Origin: an uncultured delta proteobacterium
GTDB taxonomy: Bacteria > Myxococcota_A > Polyangia > Palsa-1104
Length of the DNA: 64,000 bases
Reading direction: 5' to 3'
Assembly (NCBI GenBank): GCA_963785725.1
Contig: CAWAWS010000039.1
Location: 96,001 to 160,000 of the forward strand
The notes beneath the pieces were generated by a model. The model had not been told where the DNA came from, did not search any database, and was given only the letters and a program-made list of their open reading frames with translations. Made by a program: the position numbers and the translations under genes. Positions 52,215 through 62,131 of the stretch are shown piece by piece (position 1 is the stretch's first letter; every line of letters starts with the position of its first letter).

Positions 52215-53287
52215 GCGAAAAACTCGCGCGTCGCGGCGACGACGTGGTCGAGCTGCGCCGTCGACAGATCGGGATGGACCGGCAGCGCCAACGCTTCGGC
52301 GCAGGCGCGTTCCGCTTCCGGCAACGAGCCCGGCCGATAGCCGAGCTCGGTGAAGCAGGGCTGCAGATGCAGCGGCATCGGATAATAGACCTCGCTGTCG
52401 ATCTCGCGCGCCTTCAGGTGCTCGCGCAGCTTGTCGCGTTTTCCGTCGGGCACGCGGATGACGAAGTGGTGCCACACGTGCTCGCTCGCATCCTCGGGCA
52501 CGACGAGCGGCAAGCCGGCCAACGCCGCGCGATAGTGGGTGGCGTGGCGCCGCCGCGTGGCGTTCCACGCCTGCAGATGCGGCAATTTCACGCGCAAGAT
52601 CGCCGCCTGCAGCGTGTCCATGCGGAAGTTGCCGCCGACGATGGCGTGCACGTATTTCGGCTTCGAGCCGTGTTGGCGCATGACGCGGACGCGGTCGGCG
52701 AAGGCGCCGTCGTCGGTGACGATGGCGCCGCCGTCGCCGGCCGCGCCCAAATTCTTCGACGGGAAGAACGACAACGTCGCGCACGCGCTGCCGGCGCCGA
52801 GCGTCTGCAAGCCGACCGCTTGCGCCGCGTCCTCGACGATGGGCCGCTCGGCGCGCCGCAAGGTCGCCATGTCGCAGGCGCGCCCGAACAGGTGCACGGG
52901 CACGATCGCCTTGGTCTTGCTCGTCACCAGCGTCAGCGCCGATTTTGCGTCGATGTTGAAGCTGTGCGGCTCGACGTCGGCGAACACCGGCTTGGCGCCC
53001 AAGCGCGCGATGGCGCCGGCGGTGGCGAAGAACGACAGCGCCGTCGTGATCACTTCGTCGCCGGGCCCGACGCCGAGCGCCATCAGCGAGACCAGCAGCG
53101 AATCGCTGCCCGACGACAGCGCGACCGCGTGCGCGCGACCGGTGGCCGCGGCCAGCTCGCGCTCGAAGGCGGCCACGTCTTCGCCGAGGATGTAGTGGCC
53201 GCTTTGCAGCACGCGGCGCACCGCCGCTTCGATGTCGGGTCCGAGATGAGCGTATTGGGCGCGCAGATCGAGCAGAGGCACTCTCAT
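52211..53287 (-). CDS. DegT family aminotransferase, WbpE/WlbC-like
   Basis: VPLLDL.AQY, EDAAQA.G, SFFPSKNLG..GDGG, GGNFR.DTLQAAIL, YYP.PLH.QP. Confidence 0.92.
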   Translation of the reverse strand: MRVPLLDLRAQYAHLGPDIEAAVRRVLQSGHYILGEDVAAFERELAAATGRAHAVALSSGSDSLLVSLMALGVGPGDEVITTALSFFATAGAIARLGAKPVFADVEPHSFNIDAKSALTLVTSKTKAIVPVHLFGRACDMATLRRAERPIVEDAAQAVGLQTLGAGSACATLSFFPSKNLGAAGDGGAIVTDDGAFADRVRVMRQHGSKPKYVHAIVGGNFRMDTLQAAILRVKLPHLQAWNATRRRHATHYRAALAGLPLVVPEDASEHVWHHFVIRVPDGKRDKLREHLKAREIDSEVYYPMPLHLQPCFTELGYRPGSLPEAERACAEALALPVHPDLSTAQLDHVVAATREFFA

Positions 53288-53332
53288 TGTCGAGCACAGT
53301 GTATCAGCCATTGTCGCGCGTCGAAAAACGGC

Positions 53333-53368
53333 AATAAAAAAGGCCCACCGGAGAACCGGTGGGCCTTT
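53333..53368 (-). terminator. Rho-independent terminator
   Basis: Minus strand AAAGGCCCACCGG-TTCT-CCGGTGGGCCTTT followed by TTTATT. Confidence 0.85.
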
Positions 53369-53394
53369 CCAGGCTTCCCCTGGGCGGTCCGCAG

Positions 53395-53439
53395 TTACAG
53401 GATCGCCTCTACCAGGGCAAAGCGCTTGTTATGACTCAT
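53395..53439 (-). CDS. Putative 14-aa small or leader peptide MSHNKRFALVEAIL
   Basis: GGGAGGAG Shine-Dalgarno 8 nt upstream of ATG; TAA is followed by a hairpin and the terminator. Confidence 0.5.
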   Translation of the reverse strand: MSHNKRFALVEAIL

Positions 53440-53734
53440 CGAATTTTCTCCTCCCGCGGCACAGGGCCGGCGCCGGGCGTTGTGCCGCACGCGTGAGGGC
53501 AGCGGCGAACGCCGGGCGTTCATAAGGGGGCCTCATCGGCCCGTAACAAACGCGCGCAACCGTTCGCTGTCGTGGAAATCACGAGGCGGGTCACAACTGA
53601 GATTCTAGCAATCGAGTCGCGTTCCGGCAACTGGGGTCGATGCCGATTGCGGTCGATTGTGAACGCCGGGATCATTTCGCGCGGCAAAGACTTGCCGCGC
53701 GCGGAGAACGGCGCGGCGCGCGAATGGAACGGCG

Positions 53735-54922
53735 TTACCTACAAACGCGCTGAATGCTGGTGCCGTTGCTGAAGTACAAGTATTGCGCGTCGATGGTGAC
53801 GGCGCTGCTGGTCGTGGTCGTCGTCGTGTAGCCGCTGCCGTCGTTGCCGATGTGGACGATGGGCGCGCTGCTGTCGTCGTAAGCGGTGAGGCCGTAGAGC
53901 GTGTGGCCGTCGTCGGCTTGCGGATAGAGCGGCTGGGTCGTGAGCGCGGTCGTGCCGGCGCCGTCGCTGCGCTCGAGCGTGCTGCCGTCGCTCCAGTAGA
54001 TGGCGCTGCCGTCGCTGACGAGGATCGACGGCGGGGTGACGGCGGCCACGAGCTGCGTCGTCGCGCCGCCGTTGGCCAGCCGCTCGACGCCGGCGGAGTC
54101 GGCCCAGTAGACGGCGTCGTGCGTGGCGGCGAGGGCGCTCACCTGGCCCGCGCCGCCGGCGCTGGCGACGATGGTCCCGACGCTGTCGCCAGGCGCGAGG
54201 CGCACGATCTCGTTCGGCAGCGGCGCGCAGCCGGCCGTGCGCGTGCCCTCCTCTTGCACGTAGAAGACGATGCCGTCGGCGGCGGCGAGGTGGAGTAAGA
54301 GCGGCGTGTCGCAGCTGGGGTTGGCTTCGCCGGCAGGAACGTCGCGCAAGAACGTGGCGCTCTTGTCGAAGTATTGGATGCTGCCGGGCGCCAGATTCAT
54401 CCCCGCGTGGCCGTAGCGCATGACGTAGATGAAGTTGGCGTCGACGACATAATCCTCGGCGTAGACGTCGTCGTTGAGGCCGCCGAAGTCGAAGATCATC
54501 GTCGGCGTGCCGCCGCTCTTGGGCACGCGCGAGACCGCGAAGGGGCCGACGTCGAGGTAATAGACGTACTGATCGTCGACTTGGAGCGAGCCGGCGGAGT
54601 GCAGGCCGCTGACGATCGTGACCGGCGTCGTCGTCGTGCATGCGGGCGCGCCGCCGTCGCTGCCGCCGTCAGGCGCGCCGCCGTCGCTGCCGCCGAGGGG
54701 CGCCGCGGCGTCGCCGGGCATGGCCGCGTCGTGCGGCGGGGCGGCATCGGGCGCGCCGCTCGCCATCGCCGCGTCGGCCGGCGCGCCCGCGTCGTGCGCG
54801 TTCGTCGTGCCGGCGTCGATCGTCGCGGGCGGTGTCGAGGTCGGGTTGGACACGCCGTTGCCGTCGCCGTCGCAACCGGCAGTCGCAATCAACAGCGCGG
54901 TCAGCCAGCTCGCGTTGGGCAT
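53735..54922 (-). CDS. Lipoprotein with DAG/DGG low-complexity linker and beta-propeller-like domain
   Basis: Lipobox TAGC; repeated D...VYW/Y strands and PK.GG.P turn. Confidence 0.8.
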   Translation of the reverse strand: MPNASWLTALLIATAGCDGDGNGVSNPTSTPPATIDAGTTNAHDAGAPADAAMASGAPDAAPPHDAAMPGDAAAPLGGSDGGAPDGGSDGGAPACTTTTPVTIVSGLHSAGSLQVDDQYVYYLDVGPFAVSRVPKSGGTPTMIFDFGGLNDDVYAEDYVVDANFIYVMRYGHAGMNLAPGSIQYFDKSATFLRDVPAGEANPSCDTPLLLHLAAADGIVFYVQEEGTRTAGCAPLPNEIVRLAPGDSVGTIVASAGGAGQVSALAATHDAVYWADSAGVERLANGGATTQLVAAVTPPSILVSDGSAIYWSDGSTLERSDGAGTTALTTQPLYPQADDGHTLYGLTAYDDSSAPIVHIGNDGSGYTTTTTTSSAVTIDAQYLYFSNGTSIQRVCR

Positions 54923-54983
54923 GCGAGACGCGATTGCAAATCCAACGCCCGCCGCCTGATGCGCAGCGAATATACGGGCGCCG

Positions 54984-55571
54984 TCAGGCTTCGGAGATGC
55001 CGTCGCCGGCGGCGCGATAGCCGCGGCCGCACGCTTGGCAGTACGCGGCGGCGCCGTCGATGCTGAGCTGCTCGCCGCAGCGGCAGATCCAGCCGTGCTG
55101 GCGCGCGGGCACGCCCCACACCAGCGCGTACGGCGGGATGTGCGCGGTCACGACGGCGCCGGCGCCGATGAACGCGTAGTCGCCGATGTTGTGGCCGCAG
55201 ACGATGGTGGCGTTGGCGCCGATGGTCGCGCCGCGGCCGACTTTGGTGAGCCGATATTCGTCTTTGCGCGACACTTCGCTGCGCGGGTTGACGACGTTGG
55301 TGAAGACGGCGCTGGGCCCGATGAACGCGTGATCGCCGATGGTGACGCCGTCGTAGACCGAGACGTTGTTTTGGATGCGCACGCCGTCGCCGACGACGAC
55401 CGTTGGCGCGATGTAGACGTTCTGGCCGAGCACGCAATCCTTGCCGATGCGCGCGCCGCCGGCGACGTGACAGAAGTGCCAGATCTTGGTGTTGTTGCCG
55501 ATGTGCGCGCCGTCGTCGACGACGGACGACGAGTGCACGAAGGGGCTCCGTCCGCGCGTGGCCACATGCAA
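54984..55571 (-). CDS. Hexapeptide-repeat N-acetyltransferase, WbpD/WlbB-like
   Basis: [48 protein letters not shown]. Confidence 0.9.
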   Translation of the reverse strand: MHVATRGRSPFVHSSSVVDDGAHIGNNTKIWHFCHVAGGARIGKDCVLGQNVYIAPTVVVGDGVRIQNNVSVYDGVTIGDHAFIGPSAVFTNVVNPRSEVSRKDEYRLTKVGRGATIGANATIVCGHNIGDYAFIGAGAVVTAHIPPYALVWGVPARQHGWICRCGEQLSIDGAAAYCQACGRGYRAAGDGISEA

Positions 55572-55638
55572 GCTTACTGTGACGAACGCGTGCGCACAAG
55601 CCGACGAGGCGAATGAGCACGAAAATGAAACCGGCGCG

Positions 55639-57717
55639 TCACTCCATCATCTTGAACATCTTGGCGAGCGCGGCGCGCGCGAACGCCTCTTCGTCCTCGA
55701 CCGTCGCCACCGTCGACGGCGCCGACGACTCGCGCGCGTCGTAGAGCGCGGGCGGAATCTCGGCCAAAAAACGGCTGGGCGAGCGATGTTGCGCCGCCGC
55801 GCGCATCGTCCGCTGCCGCGCGCGCGTCAGATACATGAGCTCGCGAGCGCGCGTGATGCCGACGTACATGAGCCGCCGCTCTTCGCCCAAGTCGACGTCG
55901 GCGGCGAGCACATCCGGCCCGTCGGGATAGAGCGTGCGCTTGTGCGGCAAGAGCTCCTCCTCGCAGCCGACCAAGAAAACGACGGGAAACTCGAGGCCTT
56001 TGGCGCCGTGCAAGGTCACCAGCGTCACTTGATCGGCGGCGCCGTCGCCTTCGTCGTCTTTGGTGTCGAGCGTGATGCGATGCAGGAAGCCTTCGAGGTT
56101 GTGGCCTTCACGCTGCTCGAAGCGCTCGAGCGAGCCCAAGAAACCTTCGAGGTGATCGAGCTTCTTTTGCGCGGCCATCGGCGTCGGCGCCGCCGCTTGC
56201 AAGTCGTCCTGCAAGCCGACCGACTGCATGAACGCGCGCGCCGCCTCTTTGAGGCCCCCCGGATGCAAGCCCGCCTGCGCCGACGCCAGCAGCGCGCGGC
56301 CGTTCTGAATGAGATCGCAGAAGCTCGCCAGCGCCGTGTGCGCACGCGCCTGCAGCTCGTCGGGCGCGATCTCGCTCGCCTTCTGACAGGCGTCGTAGAG
56401 CGGCACGCTCTTGTTGCGCGCGGCCAGCGCGATGCGCTCGAGCGTCGTCGCGCCGATGCCGCGCGCCGGATAGTTAATGATGCGCCGCAAGCTGATCTCG
56501 TCGCGCGGCGACAGCGCCAGCTTCAAATACGCGATCGTGTCCTTGACCTCTTTGCGCTCGAAGAAGGCCTGACCGCCGACGACTTTGTATTCGATCGAGC
56601 GCGCGCGTAATTCCTCTTCGATCGGCTGCGCCTGCTTGTTCGATCGATAGAGCACGGCGAAGTCGCGCGGCCGAAACCCGCGCGTCGCGCACAACAGCTC
56701 GATCTCGCCGGCGACGAACTCGGCCTCGTTCTCGACGTTGGCGCAGGCGACCATTTGCAGCTTGTCGCGCGGCGGTTTGGCCGTCCACAGCCGCTTGTCG
56801 TGTCGCTTCTTGTTGTTGCTGATGACGGCGTTCGCTGCGTCCAAGATATGCGGCGTCGAGCGGTAATTCTCCTCGAGCTTGACGACTTTGGCGCCCGGGA
56901 AATGCGTCTCGAACTCGAGGATGTGGCCGGCTTCGGCGCCGCGCCAGCCGTAGATCGACTGATCGTCATCGCCGACGACGCAGACGTTGCCGTGCGCGCG
57001 CACCAGGTGATTCAACAAGTTGAATTGCGCGCGATTCGTATCCTGATACTCGTCGACCATGACGTAGCGAAAGCGCTTCTCCCAGCGCGCGCGCACCGCG
57101 TCGTCGCGATCGAGCAGGCGCACCGTCTCGCAGATCAGATCGTCGAAGTCGAGCGCGTGGAAGCTCTTGAGCGCCTCCTGATATTGCGGATAGACGTCGG
57201 CGGCGGTGCGATCGTACTCCTCGTCGTCGTCGGAGAATTGATCGGCGTATTCCTCGGGCGTCATGAACGCGTTCTTGGCCCGGCTGATGCGAAACAAGAT
57301 CGCCTTCGAGTCGTAGCGGCGATCGTCGTCGCTGGAATAGAGCCGGCGCAGGATCTCTTTGACCGTGCCCAGCTGATCGCTGGAGTCGTAGATCGTGAAA
57401 CCGGTGGGGAATCCGAGCGCTTCCTTCTCCGCCTTCAAGATCTGCAGGCCGAGCGCGTGGAACGTCGAGAGCGTGCACTTGCGCGCGGCCCGACCGCCCA
57501 ATTTGTCGACGCGATGGCGCATCTCGTCGGCGGATTTGTTGGTGAAGCTGACGGCCAAGATCTCGTCGGCGGGCACGCCCAGCTCGAGCAAGTGGCAGAT
57601 GCGATAGGTGATGACGCGCGTCTTGCCCGAGCCGGCGCCGGCCAAAACCAGGAGCGGCCCGTCGACGATACTGACCGCCTCGCGTTGCGGCTGGTTCAGC
57701 TCTTCGAGGCGAATCAC
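55639..57717 (-). CDS. UvrD/Rep/PcrA family DNA helicase
   Basis: [56 protein letters not shown]. Confidence 0.96.
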   Translation of the reverse strand: MIRLEELNQPQREAVSIVDGPLLVLAGAGSGKTRVITYRICHLLELGVPADEILAVSFTNKSADEMRHRVDKLGGRAARKCTLSTFHALGLQILKAEKEALGFPTGFTIYDSSDQLGTVKEILRRLYSSDDDRRYDSKAILFRISRAKNAFMTPEEYADQFSDDDEEYDRTAADVYPQYQEALKSFHALDFDDLICETVRLLDRDDAVRARWEKRFRYVMVDEYQDTNRAQFNLLNHLVRAHGNVCVVGDDDQSIYGWRGAEAGHILEFETHFPGAKVVKLEENYRSTPHILDAANAVISNNKKRHDKRLWTAKPPRDKLQMVACANVENEAEFVAGEIELLCATRGFRPRDFAVLYRSNKQAQPIEEELRARSIEYKVVGGQAFFERKEVKDTIAYLKLALSPRDEISLRRIINYPARGIGATTLERIALAARNKSVPLYDACQKASEIAPDELQARAHTALASFCDLIQNGRALLASAQAGLHPGGLKEAARAFMQSVGLQDDLQAAAPTPMAAQKKLDHLEGFLGSLERFEQREGHNLEGFLHRITLDTKDDEGDGAADQVTLVTLHGAKGLEFPVVFLVGCEEELLPHKRTLYPDGPDVLAADVDLGEERRLMYVGITRARELMYLTRARQRTMRAAAQHRSPSRFLAEIPPALYDARESSAPSTVATVEDEEAFARAALAKMFKMME

Positions 57718-57746
57718 CCGCTCCTTTTGCCGCGCGGCCGCCGACG

Positions 57747-58295
57747 ATGCAATCTTGTTTTGTGGATCTTCCGAACATGTACGACGCGCTCGTCGAGCGC
57801 CTCGAGGCCGAAGGCGTGCGGCTGGTGACCAAAGATCGCGTCTGGCATCAGCGCGCCATCGATCGCGTGCTGCGGATCGTCACCTTCGGCGGCAATTCGG
57901 CCTATTTGGACCGCTACGTGACGACGATCGGGCGCACGATCTACCTGACGCCCGATTGGGACGAGCGTCCGCTCGCCGACCGCTACGAGACGCTGTGCCA
58001 CGAGGCGGTGCATCTGGCGCAGTTTCGCCGCTGGGGCTTGATTCCGATGGCGATCGCCTATGTCCTACTGCCGCTGCCGTTTGGGCTCGCCTGGTGTCGC
58101 ATGCGGCTCGAGCGCGCGGCGTACGAGGAGACGCTGCGGGTGGCCTATCATCTCGGCGGCCGGCGCGCGGTCGAGCGGCTGCGCACGCACGTGATCGCGC
58201 AGTTCACGAGCGGCAGCTACGGCTGGATGTGGCCGTTTCCGCGGGCTTTGGCGCGCTGGTTCGACGACTTCGTGGCCGGTCTGGAGCGCAATTGA
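57747..58295 (+). CDS. Hypothetical protein with HExxH motif
   Basis: YVTTIG.TIY, LCHEAVHL.Q, R.E..AY; start may be ATG 57777. Confidence 0.7.
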   Translation: MQSCFVDLPNMYDALVERLEAEGVRLVTKDRVWHQRAIDRVLRIVTFGGNSAYLDRYVTTIGRTIYLTPDWDERPLADRYETLCHEAVHLAQFRRWGLIPMAIAYVLLPLPFGLAWCRMRLERAAYEETLRVAYHLGGRRAVERLRTHVIAQFTSGSYGWMWPFPRALARWFDDFVAGLERN

Positions 58296-58624
58296 TGTTC
58301 GCCGCGACGCCCGCGCCGCCCTATGTCGCCGTCATCTTCACCTCGCAGCGGACGCATGGCGACGACGACGGCTATGCCGCGATGGCCGACGCGATGGACG
58401 CGCAAGCGAAACATCAGCCCGGCTACCTCGGCATCGAGAGCGCGCGCGGCGGCGATGGCTTCGGCATCACCGTCAGCTATTGGCGCACGAGCGAGGACGC
58501 GCGCGCCTGGAAGCGCGTGGCCGAGCACGTCGGCGCGCAGCGGCTCGGCCGCGAGCGCTGGTACCGCGCCTATCGCGTGCGCGTGGCCGAGGTCGGGCGC
58601 GAATATGGCAAACGCGAACCGTGA
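58295..58624 (+). CDS. Antibiotic biosynthesis monooxygenase (ABM) family protein
   Basis: PPY.AVIFTS.R, QPG.LG.ESAR...G.GITVSYW, H..AQ..GRERWY. Confidence 0.9.
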   Translation: MFAATPAPPYVAVIFTSQRTHGDDDGYAAMADAMDAQAKHQPGYLGIESARGGDGFGITVSYWRTSEDARAWKRVAEHVGAQRLGRERWYRAYRVRVAEVGREYGKREP

Positions 58625-58663
58625 AGTAGCTTGCCTGTCCGTTAGTGGTATAAGGTCCTCGTA

Positions 58664-59257
58664 ATGCGTCGCGTCACCGTCGAGCGCAAGACGTCCGAGT
58701 CGGAGATCCGCGTCACGCTCGATCTCGACGGCACGGGCCAGCGCGCCATCGATACGCAGCTGCCGTTCTTCACGCACATGCTGGACGCGTTCGCGCGCCA
58801 CGGCCTGTTCGATCTTACGCTCTTCGCGCGCGGTGACGTCGACGTCGACGGCCACCACGTCGTCGAGGACGTCGGGCTCGTGCTCGGCGACGCCTTCGCC
58901 GAGGCGCTCGGCGACAAGCGCGGCATCCGTCGCTACGGCGAGTGCACCGTGCCGATGGACGAGACGCTGGCGCAGGCCGTCGTCGACTTCAGCGGCCGGC
59001 CGCATCTCGTCTGGCGCGTCGACGGCATCGCCGGCAAGTGGGTGGGCGGCTTCGACGCCGAGCTGGCGCACGAGTTCTTCCAGGCGTTCGCCAATCGCTG
59101 CCAGTGCAACTTGCACCTGCGCCTGCATTATGGCGACAACGCGCACCATATTTTGGAGGCGCTGTGGAAGGCGTTCGCGCGCGCCTGCGGTGACGCGTCG
59201 CGCGTCGATCCGCGCGTCGCCGGCGTGCCGTCGACGAAAGGGACGCTGACTGAATGA
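58664..59257 (+). CDS. hisB: Imidazoleglycerol-phosphate dehydratase
   Basis: FF.HML, D.HH.VEDVG, PMDE, N.HHI.EA.WKA, PSTKG.L. Confidence 0.97.
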   Translation: MRRVTVERKTSESEIRVTLDLDGTGQRAIDTQLPFFTHMLDAFARHGLFDLTLFARGDVDVDGHHVVEDVGLVLGDAFAEALGDKRGIRRYGECTVPMDETLAQAVVDFSGRPHLVWRVDGIAGKWVGGFDAELAHEFFQAFANRCQCNLHLRLHYGDNAHHILEALWKAFARACGDASRVDPRVAGVPSTKGTLTE

Positions 59258-59279
59258 TCTGCGGCTGTAGGCATTACGC

Positions 59280-59921
59280 GTGATCGCGCTCGTCGACGCG
59301 GGGCTCGGCAATCTGCGCTCGGTGCTCAAGGCGCTGGAGGCGACGGGCACGAGCGAGCCGGTCTGCGTGACCAGCGATCCGTTGGTCATCGCCGATGCCG
59401 CGCGCGTCGTCGTGCCCGGGCAGGGCGCGTTCGGCGAGTGCGCGGCGTCGCTGGGACCGGAAGCGCCGCTCGGTGAGGCGATCGCCGACAGCATCCGCGC
59501 CGGCAAGCCCTATCTCGGCATTTGTCTCGGCATGCAGGTGCTGTTTCAGTCGTCGGAGGAGTCGCCCGGCCATCCAGGCCTCGGCATCTTCACCGGCCGC
59601 GTGCGCAAGCTGCCCGCCGGCGCGCACGACAGCGACGGCCGCCGCTTGAAAGTGCCGCACATCGGCTGGGCCAAAGTCGCCGTTCGCGGCTCGCACCCGG
59701 TGCTCGACACCAGCGCCGGCGACGGCTGGTTCTACTTCGTGCACAGCTATCACGCGCGGCCGGAGCCGGAGGATCTGATCGCGGCCGTGGCGGCGTTCGG
59801 CGACCTGCCGCTGACGGCAGCCGTGGCGCGCGACAACATCGTAGGCGTGCAGTTTCACCCCGAGAAGTCGCAGGCCGCCGGCATGGCGCTGCTCAAGCAG
59901 TTCGTGGCATGGCGATGCTGA
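59280..59921 (+). CDS. hisH: IGP synthase glutamine amidotransferase subunit
   Basis: GN.RSV, PG.GAF, LGICLGMQ, PH.GW, YFVHSY, QFHPEKS. Confidence 0.97.
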   Translation: MIALVDAGLGNLRSVLKALEATGTSEPVCVTSDPLVIADAARVVVPGQGAFGECAASLGPEAPLGEAIADSIRAGKPYLGICLGMQVLFQSSEESPGHPGLGIFTGRVRKLPAGAHDSDGRRLKVPHIGWAKVAVRGSHPVLDTSAGDGWFYFVHSYHARPEPEDLIAAVAAFGDLPLTAAVARDNIVGVQFHPEKSQAAGMALLKQFVAWRC

Positions 59922-60637
59922 TCATTCCCTCGATCGATCTGCTCGACGGTAAAGTCGTGCGGCTGCGTGAGGGTAAGCGCGAGTCGGCGCAGTTTTACGC
60001 GGCGACGCCAGGCGAGGTCGCGCGCGATTACGTCGCGGCCGGCGCCAAGCGCGTGCACGTGGTCGACTTGGACGCGGCGTTCGGCTCGGGCGACAATCGC
60101 GCGGCTTTGGCGGCGATTTTGGCGGCGGGCGCGGAAGTGCAAATCGGCGGTGGCGTGCGCGACGTGGACGGCGCGCGGGCGCTCGTCGCCGCGGGCGCGG
60201 CGGCCGTCGTCATGGGCACGAGCGCGGTCAAGCAGCCGGAGCTCGTGCGCGCGTTGTGCGGCGAGCTGCCCGGGCGCGTGGTCGTCGCCGTCGACGCGCG
60301 CGACGGCAAAGTGGCGGTCGAAGGCTGGGCCGAGGCGACCGACGTCGACGCCGGCGAGCTGGCGTCGCGCGCGGTCGGCTGGGGCGCGGCGGCGATCTTG
60401 TACACCGACATTTCGCGCGACGGCACCGGCGTTGGGCCCAACGTCGAGGCCACGGCGCGGCTGGCGCGCGCGCTCCATCCGGCGCCGGTGATCGCCTCGG
60501 GCGGCATCGGCGCGCTGGCGCATGTGCGCGCGCTGGCGGCCGCGGGCGTGCCGCAAGCCGTCGTCGGACGCGCGCTTTACGATCGCGTCTTCACGCTCGC
60601 CGAAGCCGTCGCCGCCGCTGCGGAGGAGCGTTCATGA
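59915..60637 (+). CDS. hisA: ProFAR isomerase
   Basis: IIP.IDL.DG..VRL..G, H.VDLD.A, GGG.R, TDI.RDG, ASGG. Confidence 0.96.
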   Translation: MLIIPSIDLLDGKVVRLREGKRESAQFYAATPGEVARDYVAAGAKRVHVVDLDAAFGSGDNRAALAAILAAGAEVQIGGGVRDVDGARALVAAGAAAVVMGTSAVKQPELVRALCGELPGRVVVAVDARDGKVAVEGWAEATDVDAGELASRAVGWGAAAILYTDISRDGTGVGPNVEATARLARALHPAPVIASGGIGALAHVRALAAAGVPQAVVGRALYDRVFTLAEAVAAAAEERS

Positions 60638-60719
60638 GCGAGCGTGAGCGAGCGAATGTGAGCGAGACCGGTAGGGTCCGCGGATCGACGGGCTGCTCAG
60701 GGCCGCGTTCGGAGCGTTC

Positions 60720-60726
<7 letters not shown>
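60625..60726 (+). repeat. 16-bp direct repeat GGAGCGTTCATGAGCG (60625-60640, 60711-60726) flanking a 70-bp insert between hisA and hisF
   Basis: Read directly; insert carries GAGCGAGCG microrepeats and a 29-aa ORF at 60634-60723. Confidence 0.85.
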
Positions 60727-61501
<775 letters not shown>

Positions 61502-61505
<4 letters not shown>

Positions 61506-62131
61506 GCGAAGCAGCGAGCCCACGCAAGCTGACGGCGGCGGTCGTGCAACACGCGCTCACGGGACGCGTGCTCATGCTCGGCTATATGGACGACGAAGCG
61601 CTCGAGCGCACGCGCGCGACCGGCCAAGTGCACTTTTGGTCGCGCTCGCGGCAGCGGCTGTGGAAGAAGGGTGAGTCGAGCGGCAACGTGCTGCAGCTCG
61701 TCGATCTCAAGGCCGATTGCGACGCCGACGCCTGGCTCGTGCGCGCCTTGCCCGCCGGGCCGACGTGCCACACCGGGTCGACGTCGTGCTTCGGCACCGA
61801 CGGAATCGAGCCCGCGCCGACGGAGCTGGAGGCGCTCTATCAGACGATGGTGCAGCGTCGCGCGGCGCCGGAGAATACCCGCTCCTACGTGAAGTCGCTG
61901 CTCGCCGAGCCGGAGAAGATCGGCGCCAAGATCGTCGAGGAGGCGGGCGAATTCGTGGCCGAGCTGCCGCGCGGATCGCGCGAGCGCGTCATCGCGGAAG
62001 CGGCCGATCTGGTGTTCCACGCGCTCGTCGGCTTGGTCGCGCGCGACGTGACGCTCGAAGACGTCGCCCGCGAGCTGCATCGCCGCGCCGGTGTCAGCGG
62101 GCTCGACGAGAAGGACGCGCGCAAGACGTGA
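61502..62131 (+). CDS. hisIE: Bifunctional phosphoribosyl-AMP cyclohydrolase / phosphoribosyl-ATP diphosphatase
   Basis: SRSR..LW.KGESSGN, DCD.D, CHTG..SCF; K..EEA.E, EAADL.FH. Confidence 0.95.

Noticed and set aside
53600..53660. Possible sigma54 promoter for the sORF leader
   Set aside because: The GG and TTGC elements found have 14 nt between GG and GC instead of the required 10
58646..58654. Extended -10 element (TGGTATAAG) before hisB
   Set aside because: Plausible but there is no matching -35 and it is too short to support alone
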